NCBI GenBank assembly: GCA_034670305.1
Contig: JAXMNT010000050.1
Coordinates: 1 to 54,095 of the forward strand
DNA from: Deltaproteobacteria bacterium
Lineage (GTDB): Bacteria; Myxococcota_A; Polyangia; Polyangiales; Houyiibacteriaceae
Reading direction: 5' to 3'
DNA: 54,095 bases
Position 1 is the stretch's first letter. The number at the start of each line of letters is the position of its first letter. A program made the position numbers and the translations under genes. The notes below the pieces were generated by a model, which had not been told where the DNA came from, did no database searches, and was given only the letters and a program-made list of their open reading frames with translations. This document shows, piece after piece, positions 53,947-54,095 of this stretch.

Positions 53947-53969
53947 GGGGGCGCATCAGTGACAGCGAC

Positions 53970-54095
53970 GTAAGTCCTCTTGGCGCCCCGTGTTGACGGG
54001 CTGAGGGTCAGCCGAGCGGGAGCTTGATTTCGCCGAGGCGGGCGGCTTGGACGGCTTCGGTGAGGTAGGCGGCGGGGTCGAGGTCGTTCAGTTTT
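53970..54095 (-). mobile_element. Right end of an IS66-family insertion sequence (truncated by the window edge)
   Basis: Terminal GTAAG starting at 53970, 38 nt beyond the stop of a transposase-like C-terminus. Confidence 0.75.
54008..54094 (-). CDS. tnpC: IS66 transposase C-terminal fragment
   Basis: Translates to KLNDLDPAAYLTEAVQAARLGEIKLPLG*, matching the IS66 C-terminal KLN..DP..YL motif. Confidence 0.75.
   Translation of the reverse strand, partial: KLNDLDPAAYLTEAVQAARLGEIKLPLG

Overview
High-GC (about 70% by eye) chromosomal window, very probably from a myxobacterium (Myxococcota, Polyangiales/Sandaracinaceae-like). The evidence is MYXO-CTERM-type tails, DUF2330 proteins, Ser/Thr kinases, many Cys-rich lipoproteins and a myxobacterial-style RpoC N-terminus. 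It holds about 43 CDS, including dnaX-ybaB-recR, a frameshifted ndh, mscS, a VKOR-DsbA/OmpA-like/TlpA operon, an isolated sctV, mobA, a MacAB-like ABC exporter and a DUF3570/DUF4266 cluster. The end of an IS66 element lies at the right edge, and hexanucleotide microsatellites recur between genes. No rRNA, tRNA or CRISPR array was seen. The standout is 17050-19926 (-), an intact ORF of about 958 aa. It joins fragments of RpoB (flap and C-terminus), RpoC (clamp, Zn finger, lid, clamp helices, dock, C-terminal clamp segment) and the RpoA CTD in one chain. The catalytic and many nucleic-acid-contacting motifs are erased, while sigma/Nus-binding surfaces are kept, so it is a candidate single-chain, catalytically dead RNA polymerase mimic or decoy. 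Also notable are a bacterial homologue of the eukaryotic histidine methyltransferase METTL9, a Neverland/KshA-like Rieske oxygenase, a probable ATC start codon, and a repeat-generated chain of overlapping mini-ORFs between dnaX and ybaB. All family assignments come from motif recognition by eye; no searches were run.
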